A DNA stretch of 64,000 nucleotides from Acidobacteriota bacterium (GCA_965263035.1 OZ253580.1:6016001-6080000); one strand, 5' to 3'; positions 10,302-21,507 are shown, numbered from the stretch's first letter. Notes: generated from the sequence alone by a model not told the origin. Numbers and translations are program-made.

Positions 10302-11928
10302 GTGTTTCTCGCCCGTGTTCCACGCTCCAGACGGTAGAGGTTAAGTTCCAGCAACTCGCAGCGGACGTCGTCGTCAGTGATGTCAGCACGCCATCCATAG
10401 GCATCCGCAACCGCAGAGTCGAGCGTTGCGTGGGCGTCGGCGAGCCACTGTGGCCGGGCGTTGTAGAGATTCGTCAGCGTGCGCTTCTTGAGTTCCTTCG
10501 CCGCTGTTTCGTTGCGAGGAACGGGACGCTTCGGATAACCGGGAACCGGCTCGTCCACCCATTCGACCCATTCCGATGGGTTTAGCCAGCGGTCGCGACG
10601 CTCGACTAGTTTCTGCGCCGCTTCCGCAATGGTGACGGCGTGCGGATCGTCCGCATAGTCGGCGGAGGGAATGTCCGGAGATAGCCCCTCCGGGAAGGGG
10701 AAGGGCTCGAAAGTCGTGGTCGGGGTGTAGCGCGGATCATTGCCCTTGCCGACCGACGTCCCAAGCCGAAGAGACCAGATCTCGTGGAACCGGCTATGCA
10801 GGATGCCGAAGGTTGTGTCATCGTCGCGCGCGATGATGATCAATTGGTGATCGGGACAGATACGTGTGTCAAGCCACGAGAACACGCGATGCTTCGCGAC
10901 GGTTGGCGTAACGATGCAGCGCGAGCGCCCGGCGAGCACGGCCCACATGCCCTGTCTCGGCTCCACGTGGCGCCACCAGTACTCACGATACGTTTTCCGC
11001 CGATTCCGCTGGCGCATCGGGTAGACACGTTCCTGCACTCGTCGGAACGGCTCTTCGTATAGCGCCGCATCACCTTCCGGCATCGTCCACCCGAAGTCGA
11101 CGATCCACTTCCCCGCCGGCCGCTGGGTCACGTCCCTCCCGTTCACCCACGGCTTCAGGACATCGGCGTTCGTGCGGCCGTTCGGGTTCGCTGGCAGACG
11201 GAGCCACTCACGAGCCTGATCACCCGCAATGTCGAAGGGACCACCCTTCGTGTCGCCCATGAACGCGACGTTAGCATTCTCCGCAAGACGGCCGGCACTC
11301 GTCAGATCGACGCCAGCACCACCGCGGCGCGCTGTCAGGTCCGCATAGACCTCGTCGACAGCCTGGCCATCGAGCCAAATTCCAGCCAGGGATTCGTCGC
11401 CGGCACGCGAGAAGCAAACCGGTGACACCCGCACGGCCGCTCCGTCGACGACCCATGGCTCGTCGCTCCACGCCTCGAAGATCGACCGATTGTGCGTCGC
11501 GGTCGTTAGCATACGGCGGTTCGCTCCACCCCGGATGGAGTTGGTTGCAACAAGCCCGACCCGCTTCGCCTTGCCGGATGCAATCTGCTGGCCCGCCTTC
11601 TCGAACCAGTAGCAGACCAAGTCGGCTTCCGCCGGTACACGGCCAGCGTAGGTCGCGAACATCCGCGACACGTAGCCCTCGCCCAAGTGCGTAATCAGGA
11701 GCTTGCCGCCCAGAAACGGCGGGTTGCCGATGATGACATCGGCATCAGGCCAGTCTGGCTCGGTTCCGTCCGGCGCAAGGATCGCGTCTCGGCACTCGAT
11801 CGTGTCAAGCGGCTTCAGGATCGGGTCACGCGCCTCCGCGAAACCATTGCGCCGCATCCACTGGATCTCGCCGATCCAGACCGACACCCGCGCAAGCTCC
11901 GCCGCGTAGGGGTTGATTTCAAGCCCCT
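10298..11928 (-). pseudogene. 5'-truncated MmeI/type IIL-like adenine methyltransferase-specificity protein
   Basis: GLEINPYAAELAR, IIGNPPFLG, SRFHEIW...PRYTPTTTFEPFPFP; the nuclease and motif I region is missing. Confidence 0.85.
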
Positions 11929-12205
11929 GACCTCCAAGGGGAGCAACCTGGTGCTCAACTTCGCCACCTCGGCGGCGGGGAGCATCCACATCGAGATCCA
12001 GGACGAAGCGGGACGGCCGCTTCCCGGCTTCGCACTGGAGGAATCGCCGCTGGTCTGGGGAGACGACATCGAGCACACCGTCCGCTGGGAGCGGTCCCAC
12101 GCCGGGGCGACGTCGAAAGAGCCGTTGAAGCGGATCGCGGGCAAACCGGTGCGCTTGCGTCTGGTGATGAAGGACGCCGACCTGTTTTCGCTACGGTTTC
12201 AGTGA
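11921..12205 (+). pseudogene. C-terminal fragment of a glycoside hydrolase-like protein
   Basis: KPLT...LVLNFATSAAGSIHIEIQD...GKPVRLRLVMKDADLFSLRF*; no own start. Confidence 0.6.
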
Positions 12206-12479
12206 CCGGGTTGCGCATGGCCTGCCGGTAGATGCGCGGCCAAATGCGCTGGACTTGCATCTGTATTGGATCGCAGCAATTCTGAAATTCCTAGGCTGGG
12301 TGAAGATGCGGGTATTACCCGCCCCGTATTCTAGATTGAGAGCTGGGCGAATTAGGAACTTACAGCACTCTATACAGGTGGTTGTGCTGCGCATATGAAG
12401 GGGCTCGAACGGTCGCTTCCGGAACTGCTTGCTCCGGCGAGTCTTATTGTTCGAGGTTGCGATCCTCGGTGCCTCTACA

Positions 12480-12507
12480 GAATACGATAATATACTTTAT
12501 CGTATTC
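12480..12507. other. dif-like recombination site C (perfect 11-6-11)
   Basis: GAATACGATAA tatact TTATCGTATTC. Confidence 0.7.
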
Positions 12508-12575
12508 TAACCCCCGCCCCTGATCTCTGATTTCTGCGCCGGCCGGGACACTCGAGCTCCTCTTTTTTCAATCCG

Positions 12576-12604
12576 GTGAGCCCATCCCGGAGAGAAAATC
12601 ACAT
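12576..12604 (+). promoter_or_regulatory. Conserved promoter-like motif, copy C
   Basis: GTGAGC-N17-TCACAT, 43 nt before ATG 12648. Confidence 0.7.
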
Positions 12605-12647
12605 TTACCCCTGACGGGATCATCCCAACCCGGAGGAGGTCGATGCC

Positions 12648-13241
12648 ATGAGACGCCGGACCAACAAGAGCGGAGGTGGGATCAAGAACATCACCGCGAC
12701 GGGACTCGTCCCCCTGCTGCTTCTCGCGAGTATGCCAGGCTGCGGCGGGTGGTCCGTGGATCCCATGCCCACTTGGCCCAAGGTCCAAGGTGTGAAGCCG
12801 GGTACCAAGACTGAGGTTCAACTGTATAAAGATAAAGCGCCCCAAGGAAGGCAGAAGATCAAGGGGCGGTTCCTATCGGCTACGGACGACTCTGTCACGC
12901 TGGAACTCACCGAGCGCATCCACACGGATCTGAGAACCCGCACGTTGCAGAAGTCGGATGTGCGCAAGGTGCTGACCCATCGCCCGTTCTTGAAGCGATG
13001 GCCCGGATGGGCCACCATTTTGGTTTCCTCTGGTGTGGGTGCACTGGTTCCCATCAGCAATGATAAGACGCGAGCAGAAGGTTTTCTCACCAACTTCATT
13101 CTGTCCATCCCACTTTCGATCCCGTTCTTCATTGGATCACGCATGGGACGAATCTACGAGGTTCCACCCCAGCACAGAGATTCAGAGTGGTGGGATGGCT
13201 CGCCGGCGATCAAGGCGAAGAAGCTGACCCCTTCCAAATGA
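12648..13241 (+). CDS. Putative lipoprotein, small beta-domain plus two hydrophobic helices
   Basis: GGAGG RBS; LLLLASMPGC lipobox-like; KIKGRFLSATDDSVTL; C-terminal hydrophobic segments ending FFIGSRM. Confidence 0.75.
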   Translation: MRRRTNKSGGGIKNITATGLVPLLLLASMPGCGGWSVDPMPTWPKVQGVKPGTKTEVQLYKDKAPQGRQKIKGRFLSATDDSVTLELTERIHTDLRTRTLQKSDVRKVLTHRPFLKRWPGWATILVSSGVGALVPISNDKTRAEGFLTNFILSIPLSIPFFIGSRMGRIYEVPPQHRDSEWWDGSPAIKAKKLTPSK

Positions 13242-13676
13242 TTCGGAACTCCAGACACCGTGACCATTCCCGGTCTCGGTGAGCCGCCGCCGAGAACGGG
13301 CCGCAACGGCACGGTCCAAGCGTCGAAGCGGAGCGTCTCTTCCGGGGTCTTCACAGCGGCCTTCCCGCAGGGATCAATGAGAAGTGAGCGCCCCCCCCCG
13401 CATGGCAAGAGTGTGTTACACGGACGGGCCTGGCGTGAAGTGCGAGGCACGAAATAAGGGGGGTCGCTCACTTCTCCTTCCTTATTCCCCGTCCCTCCCC
13501 AAGTCCTCTGGGAGGAAGGGGGGAACTCGAAGGGGCTCAACAAGATGGGGGAAAGGGACCTCGGTACACTAGGGAGCCCCAAAATGGTACCCACCCCCCA
13601 TTGTGCGTGTACCAAACTGAGAGTGCTCCGCCTATAAGACCCCGAAGACGGTACACAGGCGGGGATCTTCTGGACA

Positions 13677-13704
13677 ACATCCGTTAACTGAAATTAACGG
13701 ATGT
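13677..13704. other. Type-2 palindromic recombination-like site (right copy)
   Basis: ACATCCGTTAA ctgaaa TTAACGGATGT, perfect 11-6-11. Confidence 0.65.
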
Positions 13705-13773
13705 AGACTGCTCACACTTGATTCAGACTCTGCGCCGTCCGTGCGCTTTCCCGTCCGCTTCTGTCCCAATCCG

Positions 13774-13802
13774 GTGAGCTCCTGCCGGTGGAAAAATCAC
13801 AT
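13774..13802 (+). promoter_or_regulatory. Conserved promoter-like motif, copy D
   Basis: GTGAGC-N17-TCACAT, preceded by sequence homologous to module A. Confidence 0.65.
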
Positions 13803-13835
13803 CTGTTTGTACCGTGTCGGACGAAGAGTTCGGAG

Positions 13836-13922
13836 GAACCCTTGAAGCGAATCGCGGGCAAACCGGTGCGGCTGCGTTTAGTGATGAAGGACGCCGATCT
13901 CTTTTCGTTGCGGTTCCGGTGA
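13836..13922 (+). repeat. Second copy of the hydrolase 3'-end fragment
   Basis: Encodes EPLKRIAGKPVRLRLVMKDADLFSLRF; homologous to 12119-12205. Confidence 0.8.
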
Positions 13923-14339
13923 AGTCGGTGGCGCCAGCCCGATCGCCCTATTCGGTGTCACAGGCGCCAGATGCGCAGTTGAATCCGAGAACGGCGATCC
14001 TGAATGGCCTACCAGGCGCGGCCACCGAAACTGCACCAAGCTTGGCGCACTAGTCCGAAGTTTCAGAGGTAAAGGCAAGTAACTCTCTCATTTGGAACGC
14101 CTTATATATTTTCCTCCCATAGTCTGTCTCGCTCCACCAGGGCGTCACTCCCAACTTTTGGAATGCCCGTCGCTGCAATTCGGTGGGCTGCGTCTTGAGC
14201 ACAAGGGTGTCCTCACGATCCTTTATCTTTGGCGTATTCTGAGCCAGCGTGCCGAGATCCTGCAGTGGCGTGCGGAAGCTGTGGACGGGGAGGTCGTCCG
14301 ATCATTCGACCTTCGTTTGGAGGACCGGAGAGATCCGGG

Positions 14340-17300
14340 CTACGAGACTTCCATACCTTCTTCGCCCTCCCGGATGCTCAAGTTGCCGTAGCGATGGTAA
14401 TCGACACTGATGCTTTGCTCCCTCAAATACCAGAGCAACTCCACCCGGCCCTGGATCAGGACGGGGGCTCGCGCCAAGTAAACCCCGGACGCGGCCGCCG
14501 CCCGGAAAACGATCTCCGGCACCCGCTCCGGCGCCGAAAAGCGGACGCGGTCGGTCTCGGATTCGCGGACCCGGCTCGCCAGCTCGTCGTCGGTTTCCTC
14601 GAGAAATTCGACACCCTCGTTCCACGATGCGGTCAGCTCCTGCAGCCAGTCGGTGGCCGGAGACCACCAGCCCCGGGGGCAACTCAACGTGGCTCGGCAG
14701 CCAACGGCCTTGGCCGCACAGACGCGCGCAAAGATCTCGAACAGCGAATCAAGGGGATCCAGGCGGATGTGGAGCCGGCGGACGGGCAGATAGCGCCGCA
14801 GGTTGTCCTGGCCCACCAGACGGAAGTGGTCATGGGTACGGCCGAATTCCTCTTGACTGTTGGCGCAGTAGCTCTCCAGGGCTACCGCGACCCGAAGCAG
14901 GTCGTCCCCGTCCGCGGCGACTCCGGGCGGACTCGGCTGTTGCAGGCGCCAACGGAGGTCGGCGAGATCGGGATCGGCGACTTCGAGGGAGCCGGCGCCA
15001 ACTTCACCGTCTCGGAAATCCATAAGCTGGGCCACGTAGTTGGGTCCTCCCGCCTTGATTCCGGGGCCGAAGGCGGACTTACCCATGCCACCAAAGGGTT
15101 GGCGGAGCACGATGGCCCCGGTGGTCCCCCGATTGACGTAGAGGTTGCCCGCCTCGACGCGGTCGCACCAGTAAGATTGTTCGCGATCGTCCAGGCTCTC
15201 GAGGCCGGAGGTCAGGCCATACCCGGTCTGACGGATGAGGTCCAGGGCCTGGTCCAGGTTCTTCACCTCCATCACCCCCAGCACGGGACCGAAGAGCTCG
15301 GTCAGGTGGGTGAAACTCCCCGGCCGGACATCCCACTTGATCCCTGGTGAGTAGAGACATGGATTGTCTTCCAGCCGTCGGGGCATCACAGCCCAGGACT
15401 CGCCCGGCTCCAGTTCCTTGAGGCCGGTTTCCAGGACACCCGAGGGAGCGCGAATCAGGGGACCCATACTGGTGTGGAGGTCCCAGGCCGAGCCCACCTC
15501 CAGACTCCGCACCGCGTCGCAGAGCGTCTCTTTGAACCTCGAATCCCGGTAGACCTCCTCCTCCACAAGGAGCAGGGACATAGCCGAACACTTCTGTCCG
15601 CTGTGACTGAAGGCGGAGTGAACCACGTGGCTGATGGCCAACTCCCGGTCTCCAAGAGCGGTCAAGGTCGTAGCGTTCTTCCCCCCCGTCTCAGCCAGCA
15701 GATTCATATCCGGCTTGGCCCGCAGCATCCACCGGGCGGTCTCGGTACCGCCGGTGAGGATGACGGCGTCCACCTCCGGGTGGGAGACCAGGCAGGATCC
15801 GGCAATCTCGTCGGAGCAGGAGACCATCTGCAGAGTCCGTCGGGAAACCCCGGCCCTCCAGAAGCAACGGCAAAGCTCGTGAGCCACCAGCACCGTGTCG
15901 GGGGCGGGCTTGAGGATGACCGTGTTCCCGGCCGCCAGTGCGGCGGCGATTCCGCCTCCCGGTATGGCGATGGGAAAGTTCCAGGGAGCAACGACGACCA
16001 CGACACCCTTGGGCTTGACCTGCAGACCTGGAAGGTCGTGGAAGTCGCGGGCCGCCAAGTCGTAGAAAACGACGAAATCCACCACCTCGCTGACCTCCGG
16101 GTCCGACTCGGCCAGGGTCTTGCCGCCGTCCGCCAGGGCGGCGCCCATGAGGTCCCCCCGGCCACGGCGCAATTCCCGCGCCACCGACTCCAGCACTTGG
16201 GAGCGCTCTTCCACCGTCCTCCTGCGCCAGCCGTCGATATCGTTTCGAGCGCAGGTCACTGCCCGCTCGATGTCCTCCCGGTTGGCCTGCCGATATCGGC
16301 CGACGACCAGGCCCGGCCGGGAGGGATCCCGGCAGTCTCGCAGCTCCCGATCCTGAAAGATCTCCTCCCCGTCCACCACCAGGGGAACTTCCACCTTGTT
16401 GTCGTCGTGTCGAGGTTTCCAGCGTTCGATGATCGCCTGGGCCCACTCGCGGTTGGCAGGAAGTGAGAAATCGGTATCCGGTTCGTTGACAAATCGGCTC
16501 CACGAACTCGGGGGTGGCGACGCACCAGTCTCGGCCAGGCGGTTCTGAACGCGTCGAGGCATCTCCGAAACTTCTTCGCGGCGACGGGAAGATTCGAGGA
16601 ACCCCGCTTCCAGTCGTTTCCACTCCGGGCTGCCGGGGACCAGCTTGAAGGCGTACCTGAGAAAATTGTCGGTTCCCGTGTTCTCGTCCAGACGGCGAAA
16701 GAGGTATCCGACGGCGTTGATGAAGTTCTCTTTCCTGGTCGCCGGCGCATAGAGAAGGAGGTCTTGCACCAGCTCGGACAGGGCACGGCGCTGGGCATTG
16801 GCCATCCCTTCCAGCATCTCGAACTGCACCCGGTCCAGGACGCCGGCCTCCGCAGCCAACAGCAGGGCGTACGAGACGTCGAAGAGGTTGTGTGAAGCCA
16901 CCCCCAGCCGCACGGCGGCAATATTCTCCGGAGCCAGAGCTTCGTGCAGCATGCGCTTGTAGTTGGCGTCGGTCTCAAGCTTTGACTCGTACGGCGCCTG
17001 CTCCCAGCCCCGCAGCGACGCCTCCACACGTTCCATCTCCAGGTTGGCGCCCTTCACCAGCCGGATCGTTACCGGCGCTCCTCCGCTCTGCATCCGTTCC
17101 CTGGCCCAGGCGTTGATTCTCTTCTGGGCCAGGTAGGAGTCGGGGAGGTAGGCTTGAAGAGCGATCCCCCCGCCGGCCTGTCGCAAGCCCTTGCGGTCGA
17201 GGGTCCGCAGAAAGACCTCCGTAGTCACCGCCAGGTCGCGATACTCCTCCATGTCGAGGTACACGAACTTGGACACCACGCTGCCATCCCTGCGTCGAAA

Positions 17301-18005
17301 GCGCCCTCTGGCCGCAGCCCGATACAGCAGCTCCAGCCGGTCGCAAAGCACGGAGACGGCGTGCTCGAAGGCCAGAGACGAGATCTGCGAGTAGATGGTG
17401 GAGATCTTGACCGAGATGACCTCAATCTCCGGGATCTGCAGCGCACTCAGGTACAACTCCAAACGCCGCTGGGCCTCGGCTTCTCCCAGGAGGGCCTCTC
17501 CCAGGAAGTTGACGTTCATCCGCACCCCGCCGGACCGGCGAGCCTCCAGGTGCCGGACTAGCAGGTCCTCCTCGGCGGGGAGGATGACGTTTGCGGTTTC
17601 TTCCCGCATCCTCTCCCGGACCAGCGGCGCCGCCACCTCCGGGAGGTAGCTGCCGAAGGAGTGAAACCCCTTGAGCAGCGTTCGGTCCAGACCGCTGAAG
17701 AAGCGAGGGATTCCCTGGATGTCCAGGATGTGCAGGATCTGGTCGACGGCGCGGTGCGGGTTGCTGGATCGGAAGGCCTGGTCGGTGAGCTGGGTGACGG
17801 TCGCTTTGTCGTGCGGACTCTGCACCATCCGCTCCAGTTCGGCCTGCTGCTTTTCTTCTTCGGGGGTTTGAAGCGTCGCCGCGTTTTCCTGAAGACACCG
17901 TGCCAGGAAGACGGCTTTCTGCGCCCGCTCGGAGTAGGGTGACCCGCAGTCCGGCCCAAACCATCCGAGAAGCTCGTGCAAGGACTTCTTCACGTGGGGA
18001 TCCAT
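14340..18005 (-). CDS. putA: Bifunctional proline dehydrogenase / P5C dehydrogenase
   Basis: LDMEEYRD, RLVKGAN, ASHN (PRODH); PWNFP, ETGGKN, GQKCSA, ELFGP (ALDH). Confidence 0.95.
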   Translation of the reverse strand: MDPHVKKSLHELLGWFGPDCGSPYSERAQKAVFLARCLQENAATLQTPEEEKQQAELERMVQSPHDKATVTQLTDQAFRSSNPHRAVDQILHILDIQGIPRFFSGLDRTLLKGFHSFGSYLPEVAAPLVRERMREETANVILPAEEDLLVRHLEARRSGGVRMNVNFLGEALLGEAEAQRRLELYLSALQIPEIEVISVKISTIYSQISSLAFEHAVSVLCDRLELLYRAAARGRFRRRDGSVVSKFVYLDMEEYRDLAVTTEVFLRTLDRKGLRQAGGGIALQAYLPDSYLAQKRINAWARERMQSGGAPVTIRLVKGANLEMERVEASLRGWEQAPYESKLETDANYKRMLHEALAPENIAAVRLGVASHNLFDVSYALLLAAEAGVLDRVQFEMLEGMANAQRRALSELVQDLLLYAPATRKENFINAVGYLFRRLDENTGTDNFLRYAFKLVPGSPEWKRLEAGFLESSRRREEVSEMPRRVQNRLAETGASPPPSSWSRFVNEPDTDFSLPANREWAQAIIERWKPRHDDNKVEVPLVVDGEEIFQDRELRDCRDPSRPGLVVGRYRQANREDIERAVTCARNDIDGWRRRTVEERSQVLESVARELRRGRGDLMGAALADGGKTLAESDPEVSEVVDFVVFYDLAARDFHDLPGLQVKPKGVVVVVAPWNFPIAIPGGGIAAALAAGNTVILKPAPDTVLVAHELCRCFWRAGVSRRTLQMVSCSDEIAGSCLVSHPEVDAVILTGGTETARWMLRAKPDMNLLAETGGKNATTLTALGDRELAISHVVHSAFSHSGQKCSAMSLLLVEEEVYRDSRFKETLCDAVRSLEVGSAWDLHTSMGPLIRAPSGVLETGLKELEPGESWAVMPRRLEDNPCLYSPGIKWDVRPGSFTHLTELFGPVLGVMEVKNLDQALDLIRQTGYGLTSGLESLDDREQSYWCDRVEAGNLYVNRGTTGAIVLRQPFGGMGKSAFGPGIKAGGPNYVAQLMDFRDGEVGAGSLEVADPDLADLRWRLQQPSPPGVAADGDDLLRVAVALESYCANSQEEFGRTHDHFRLVGQDNLRRYLPVRRLHIRLDPLDSLFEIFARVCAAKAVGCRATLSCPRGWWSPATDWLQELTASWNEGVEFLEETDDELASRVRESETDRVRFSAPERVPEIVFRAAAASGVYLARAPVLIQGRVELLWYLREQSISVDYHRYGNLSIREGEEGMEVS

Positions 18006-18405
18006 CGGAATATAAGATCTTGGACCAGGAGCCTCTTTGGTGGCGCCCCCTCCACAGGATCAGCGGCCCGCATCGTCAGTTTCTTTCGCATTCCCTTCTC
18101 TAACAACCCGCAGTCGGTTGGCTCGATTGCTCGAGGCGGTTCCTTCCAACCGTTTCTACCACCGGCCCGCATTTCTCATCGGGGCCTGCACTCTTGAGAA
18201 GAGTGTAGGGATGGCGCAGAGATTCTTTGTAAGCGCCTGCACGCGACCGCAAAGCGTAGCCGGGTCCCCGTTTGAGCGCGACCGCAAAGCGGAGCACCGG
18301 ACTGTCCCCTTCTCTTCCTAAAGCATTCTACTGGACCCTGCCCCTTCCCCCTGCCCCGTCTTCAGGCGCTGGCTACGCCTCTCCGTCCTTTCTTTTTTCG
18401 ACCCG

Positions 18406-18434
18406 GTGAGCCCCTTCCGGCGAAAAAATCACAT
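18406..18434 (+). promoter_or_regulatory. Conserved promoter-like motif, copy E
   Basis: GTGAGC-N17-TCACAT, 26 nt before ATG 18461. Confidence 0.7.
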
Positions 18435-18460
18435 CTGTCTATGGTGAGCTTGGAGGAGCT

Positions 18461-19222
18461 ATGAGCAATATTTCCCACCCCCCCGGAAAGCGATTCAGGA
18501 AAATCTCGACAATCGGTCAGGCACCCTCGCCGCGGGCGACTCCCTGGCGTCCGTACGTTTTCGTCCTTGCGGCAACATTGCAACTCTGCAGTTGGGAGCC
18601 GCTTTGTGCGCAGCAGCGTGATCCTGCGGTAGAGATCTACGGACTAACAGGAGCTTACTATTTTGGGAATCGTTCGAACGTATTGAAAGGCGGGGAATGG
18701 AACCTACAGCTCGGGGTCGGCGGTCTGTTTCCTCTGGGATCGAAGTGGGCGGTGATGATCGATGGAGTCACGAGCCATCTGGAGGTCAATGAGGGGCCAC
18801 ATGGCCCATATGATGGCCATCCATTCTCAGAATTCTACAGAGTGAATCCCAGGATTCAGAACAATGATGTTACGACGCAAAGACTGATTTCCATTCTGCC
18901 ATCCATCGTCAGGCTGTGGAGAAGGGACCGACTCTCGATCTACATCGGCCTCGGTCTTGGGTTTGAGCAACAGCGTCAACTGATAAGGTATCAACCGGCT
19001 CTTCAACAGGAGAATCCTGATGGAAGCCGCATCCTTGTTCGCGCCGAAGAATTTAGGGAGTCGAGGGATGTCGTATCCGTCATGCCCCTAAACTTTCGCG
19101 CGGGTATCCTGATGAGTCTTGCTCCATGTGTTGTCGTGCGAGCGGGATACTCGCAAATTGTTGCTTACGTCGATACGGCTGCCTCCAGATCTCTCGAAGT
19201 GGGGATCGGATATCGTTTCTAG
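18461..19222 (+). CDS. Putative outer-membrane beta-barrel protein
   Basis: Signal peptide; alternating beta strands; C-terminal SLEVGIGYRF. Confidence 0.7.
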   Translation: MSNISHPPGKRFRKISTIGQAPSPRATPWRPYVFVLAATLQLCSWEPLCAQQRDPAVEIYGLTGAYYFGNRSNVLKGGEWNLQLGVGGLFPLGSKWAVMIDGVTSHLEVNEGPHGPYDGHPFSEFYRVNPRIQNNDVTTQRLISILPSIVRLWRRDRLSIYIGLGLGFEQQRQLIRYQPALQQENPDGSRILVRAEEFRESRDVVSVMPLNFRAGILMSLAPCVVVRAGYSQIVAYVDTAASRSLEVGIGYRF

Positions 19223-19591
19223 GGGATGGGAAGGAGCCGACCAAGAGGGGAGATCCAGAGCAGGCTCCGGCGACATGGCGGATGGCGTTGAAATTGGGCA
19301 CCCACCGAACACATAGGGCGCCCTTCAACAGTGTCATCACCGGTGGAAACCGGTTTTTCCGTCGAGAATGTAGAGCTACGGGCGAATCTCCCATCCACCG
19401 ACCAAAAGGTTTTCTACGGCACGGTTGGTCGAAGCCAGGACGAACCGCCGGACTCATCCCAAAAATCTTCCACGGCGCAGGCCACCAGCCTGGATTCCTT
19501 GGAGCGGGGGGGACGCCATCCAGGAGACCCGGACACCGGCCAATCACCGGTGACGTGGGTAGAACCTGAATCGCGCCCCATATTCAGAAGC

Positions 19592-19876
19592 CTACCAGCG
19601 GCCTCCACCGCCGCCGCCGCCGGACCGGTTCTCACGCGGACGTGCTTCGTTCACGGTCAGGGTCCTGCCGTCCAACTGAGTCCCGTTCAAGGCACTGATG
19701 GCCTTCTGGCCGTCCGCCTCGTCCATCTCGACGAAACCGAAGCCGCGCGACTGGCCGGTCATTCGATCCGTGATCACTCGAGCCGTTTCCACAGGACCGT
19801 ACTCGGAGAAGGTCTCCTCCAACCGGTCATCCGTGATTGCGTAGGGCAGGCCCCCTACATAGATGTTCTTCTTCAT
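19592..19876 (-). CDS. RRM RNA-binding protein
   Basis: IYVGGL (RNP2), RGFGFVEM (RNP1), Gly-rich tail. Confidence 0.95.
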   Translation of the reverse strand: MKKNIYVGGLPYAITDDRLEETFSEYGPVETARVITDRMTGQSRGFGFVEMDEADGQKAISALNGTQLDGRTLTVNEARPRENRSGGGGGGGRW

Positions 19877-20370
19877 TTTCTCCTCCTAATGTTGTAAGAA
19901 ATGGAATTTCTACCCTGAGACGCCAAGTGCAAACGGAGCAGGCCCCGATCCTGTGTAGTTGTACGATTCGATCGGGGATTCCTTGGGAGTCTTTCGCAGG
20001 GAAGAAACTAGCTTGGGCTCTCAACACCTGTCTTCGGTGTTACCTGTCGAACCCTCTGCTGAATTAACCGCCGCGAGCGTAGCCCTTTTTTCCATCGTTG
20101 TCAAAAGAACTTTGTCGTTAGTACGTGAAGTCTCCGGTCCATGAAGTGGGAGGTTTGAAGGTTTCCCGTTTTCGTGGACGGTTGGGTGGTACGGTTTCAA
20201 TCGGTGTTTTTTGTAATCCCCCTTCTATCGCTCAATGGCCATCGACGATGTCAGGGTTGTGGCCACTGACAGAGCGTTCTTTCTTCAGTGGGGGGGGACT
20301 GATGGAGACGTCGGCAGAAGGGCTCAGGTTGTGGGAAATCTCTGGTTTCCCACAACGGGATACCGTATTC

Positions 20371-20470
20371 AGACTCCTCCAAGAGGGATCAGGGCACGAC
20401 AGAAGCTCTTTATTGGACCCTGACCCGCGTCCCTGACCCCCAATTCCCCAGCCTTTTCCAGTGCTGGCTG
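20371..20470 (+). repeat. Degenerate module copy F (dif-like site region)
   Basis: AGACTCCTCCAAGAGGGA...GGGCACGACAG aagctct TTATTGGACCC TG...CCCTGACCCCC; homologous to copies A, E and G. Confidence 0.55.
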
Positions 20471-20523
20471 GACAACGAAGCCGGGACGTTGCGGACCGTC
20501 CGGACGCTTCCAGCCCAAGTCGG

Positions 20524-21393
20524 CTACTGAAAGGATTCATCGCACTCGGCGATGGTGTCAGGATCGGTAGCGACCTGATCGGCCCAATCGCGTCCCTCGA
20601 ACCAATACCGGCGGTGCCGTTCGAGCCAGCCATCGGCTTGGCGAACCACAATCCAGCCATTGAAGAAATTCAAGGCATCGAGGTCACCTTTCCGCACGGC
20701 CATCGCCAGCACGTCCGAGGCAAACGGCTCGTCGAAGGGCAGGTGCAGGGTCTGCGGGTTGGCTTCAACCCAGGTGGTCCGCTTCACCGCGACCGCTGCC
20801 GCAGCATGGGCCTCACCGGTGACGAGGGCCTCGAGGACCGCGTTGTCGGTATCAAAGTGAAGGAGCATGGCATCAGGAAAAACATTTTCGATAGCAGAGA
20901 TTGACGAGGATCCCCGCCGGGTCGCAATCGTGACACTGGAACTGTTGAAATCTGCCAGCGTTTCCAAGTCGGCGGTCTGCTCTGTATTCGCCACCAGGTA
21001 GACACCGGCAACATTGTATGGTGACGTGAAATTGACCTCGAGGTTGCGTCGCGGAAGGATCGTCATGCCACTGATAATCACGTCAAACTCCTCAGCGATC
21101 AGGGAGGGGATGATATAGCTCCAGTTCGTCCGCACGAATTCAACCTCCACCCCCATGTCCTCGGCCACTTTGGTCGCGACATCGATCTCAAAGCCGATCA
21201 GTTCGCCGTCCGCATTGCAGGCGGACCAGGGCTCGAACAGGCCCAGACCGACTCTCAGCGTCCCACGGTCCCGGGCCTCCTCAATGACACTGTCAAATGA
21301 CCACCAAAGGGAAATCTGGGCCATCACCGGAGAGTTGACACCGCCGATCAGGGCAGCAACGACCAGGCCACACACGATGTGCTTTCTTTGCAT
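20524..21393 (-). CDS. Amino-acid ABC transporter substrate-binding protein (family 3)
   Basis: GELIGFEIDVA, IIPSLIAEEFDVIISGMTILPRR, FTSPY. Confidence 0.9.
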   Translation of the reverse strand: MQRKHIVCGLVVAALIGGVNSPVMAQISLWWSFDSVIEEARDRGTLRVGLGLFEPWSACNADGELIGFEIDVATKVAEDMGVEVEFVRTNWSYIIPSLIAEEFDVIISGMTILPRRNLEVNFTSPYNVAGVYLVANTEQTADLETLADFNSSSVTIATRRGSSSISAIENVFPDAMLLHFDTDNAVLEALVTGEAHAAAAVAVKRTTWVEANPQTLHLPFDEPFASDVLAMAVRKGDLDALNFFNGWIVVRQADGWLERHRRYWFEGRDWADQVATDPDTIAECDESFQ

Positions 21394-21507
21394 CAGACAC
21401 CTCCGTCGAAGTATGGATTCCCTCCAGGAGCGGGGGCCCTCCCCTTCTCTCGCGAGCGCGGATCAGTCCCAAGGTCCCCGGAAACACGGGCCAGAAGAAG
21501 ATGACCA

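Noticed and set aside
11929-12100. N-terminus of the 600-aa MTase ORF
   Set aside because: Antisense read-through of the plus-strand hydrolase fragment
13400-13620. G/C-run-rich intergenic stretch, possible IS end
   Set aside because: No partner IR, TSD or transposase found
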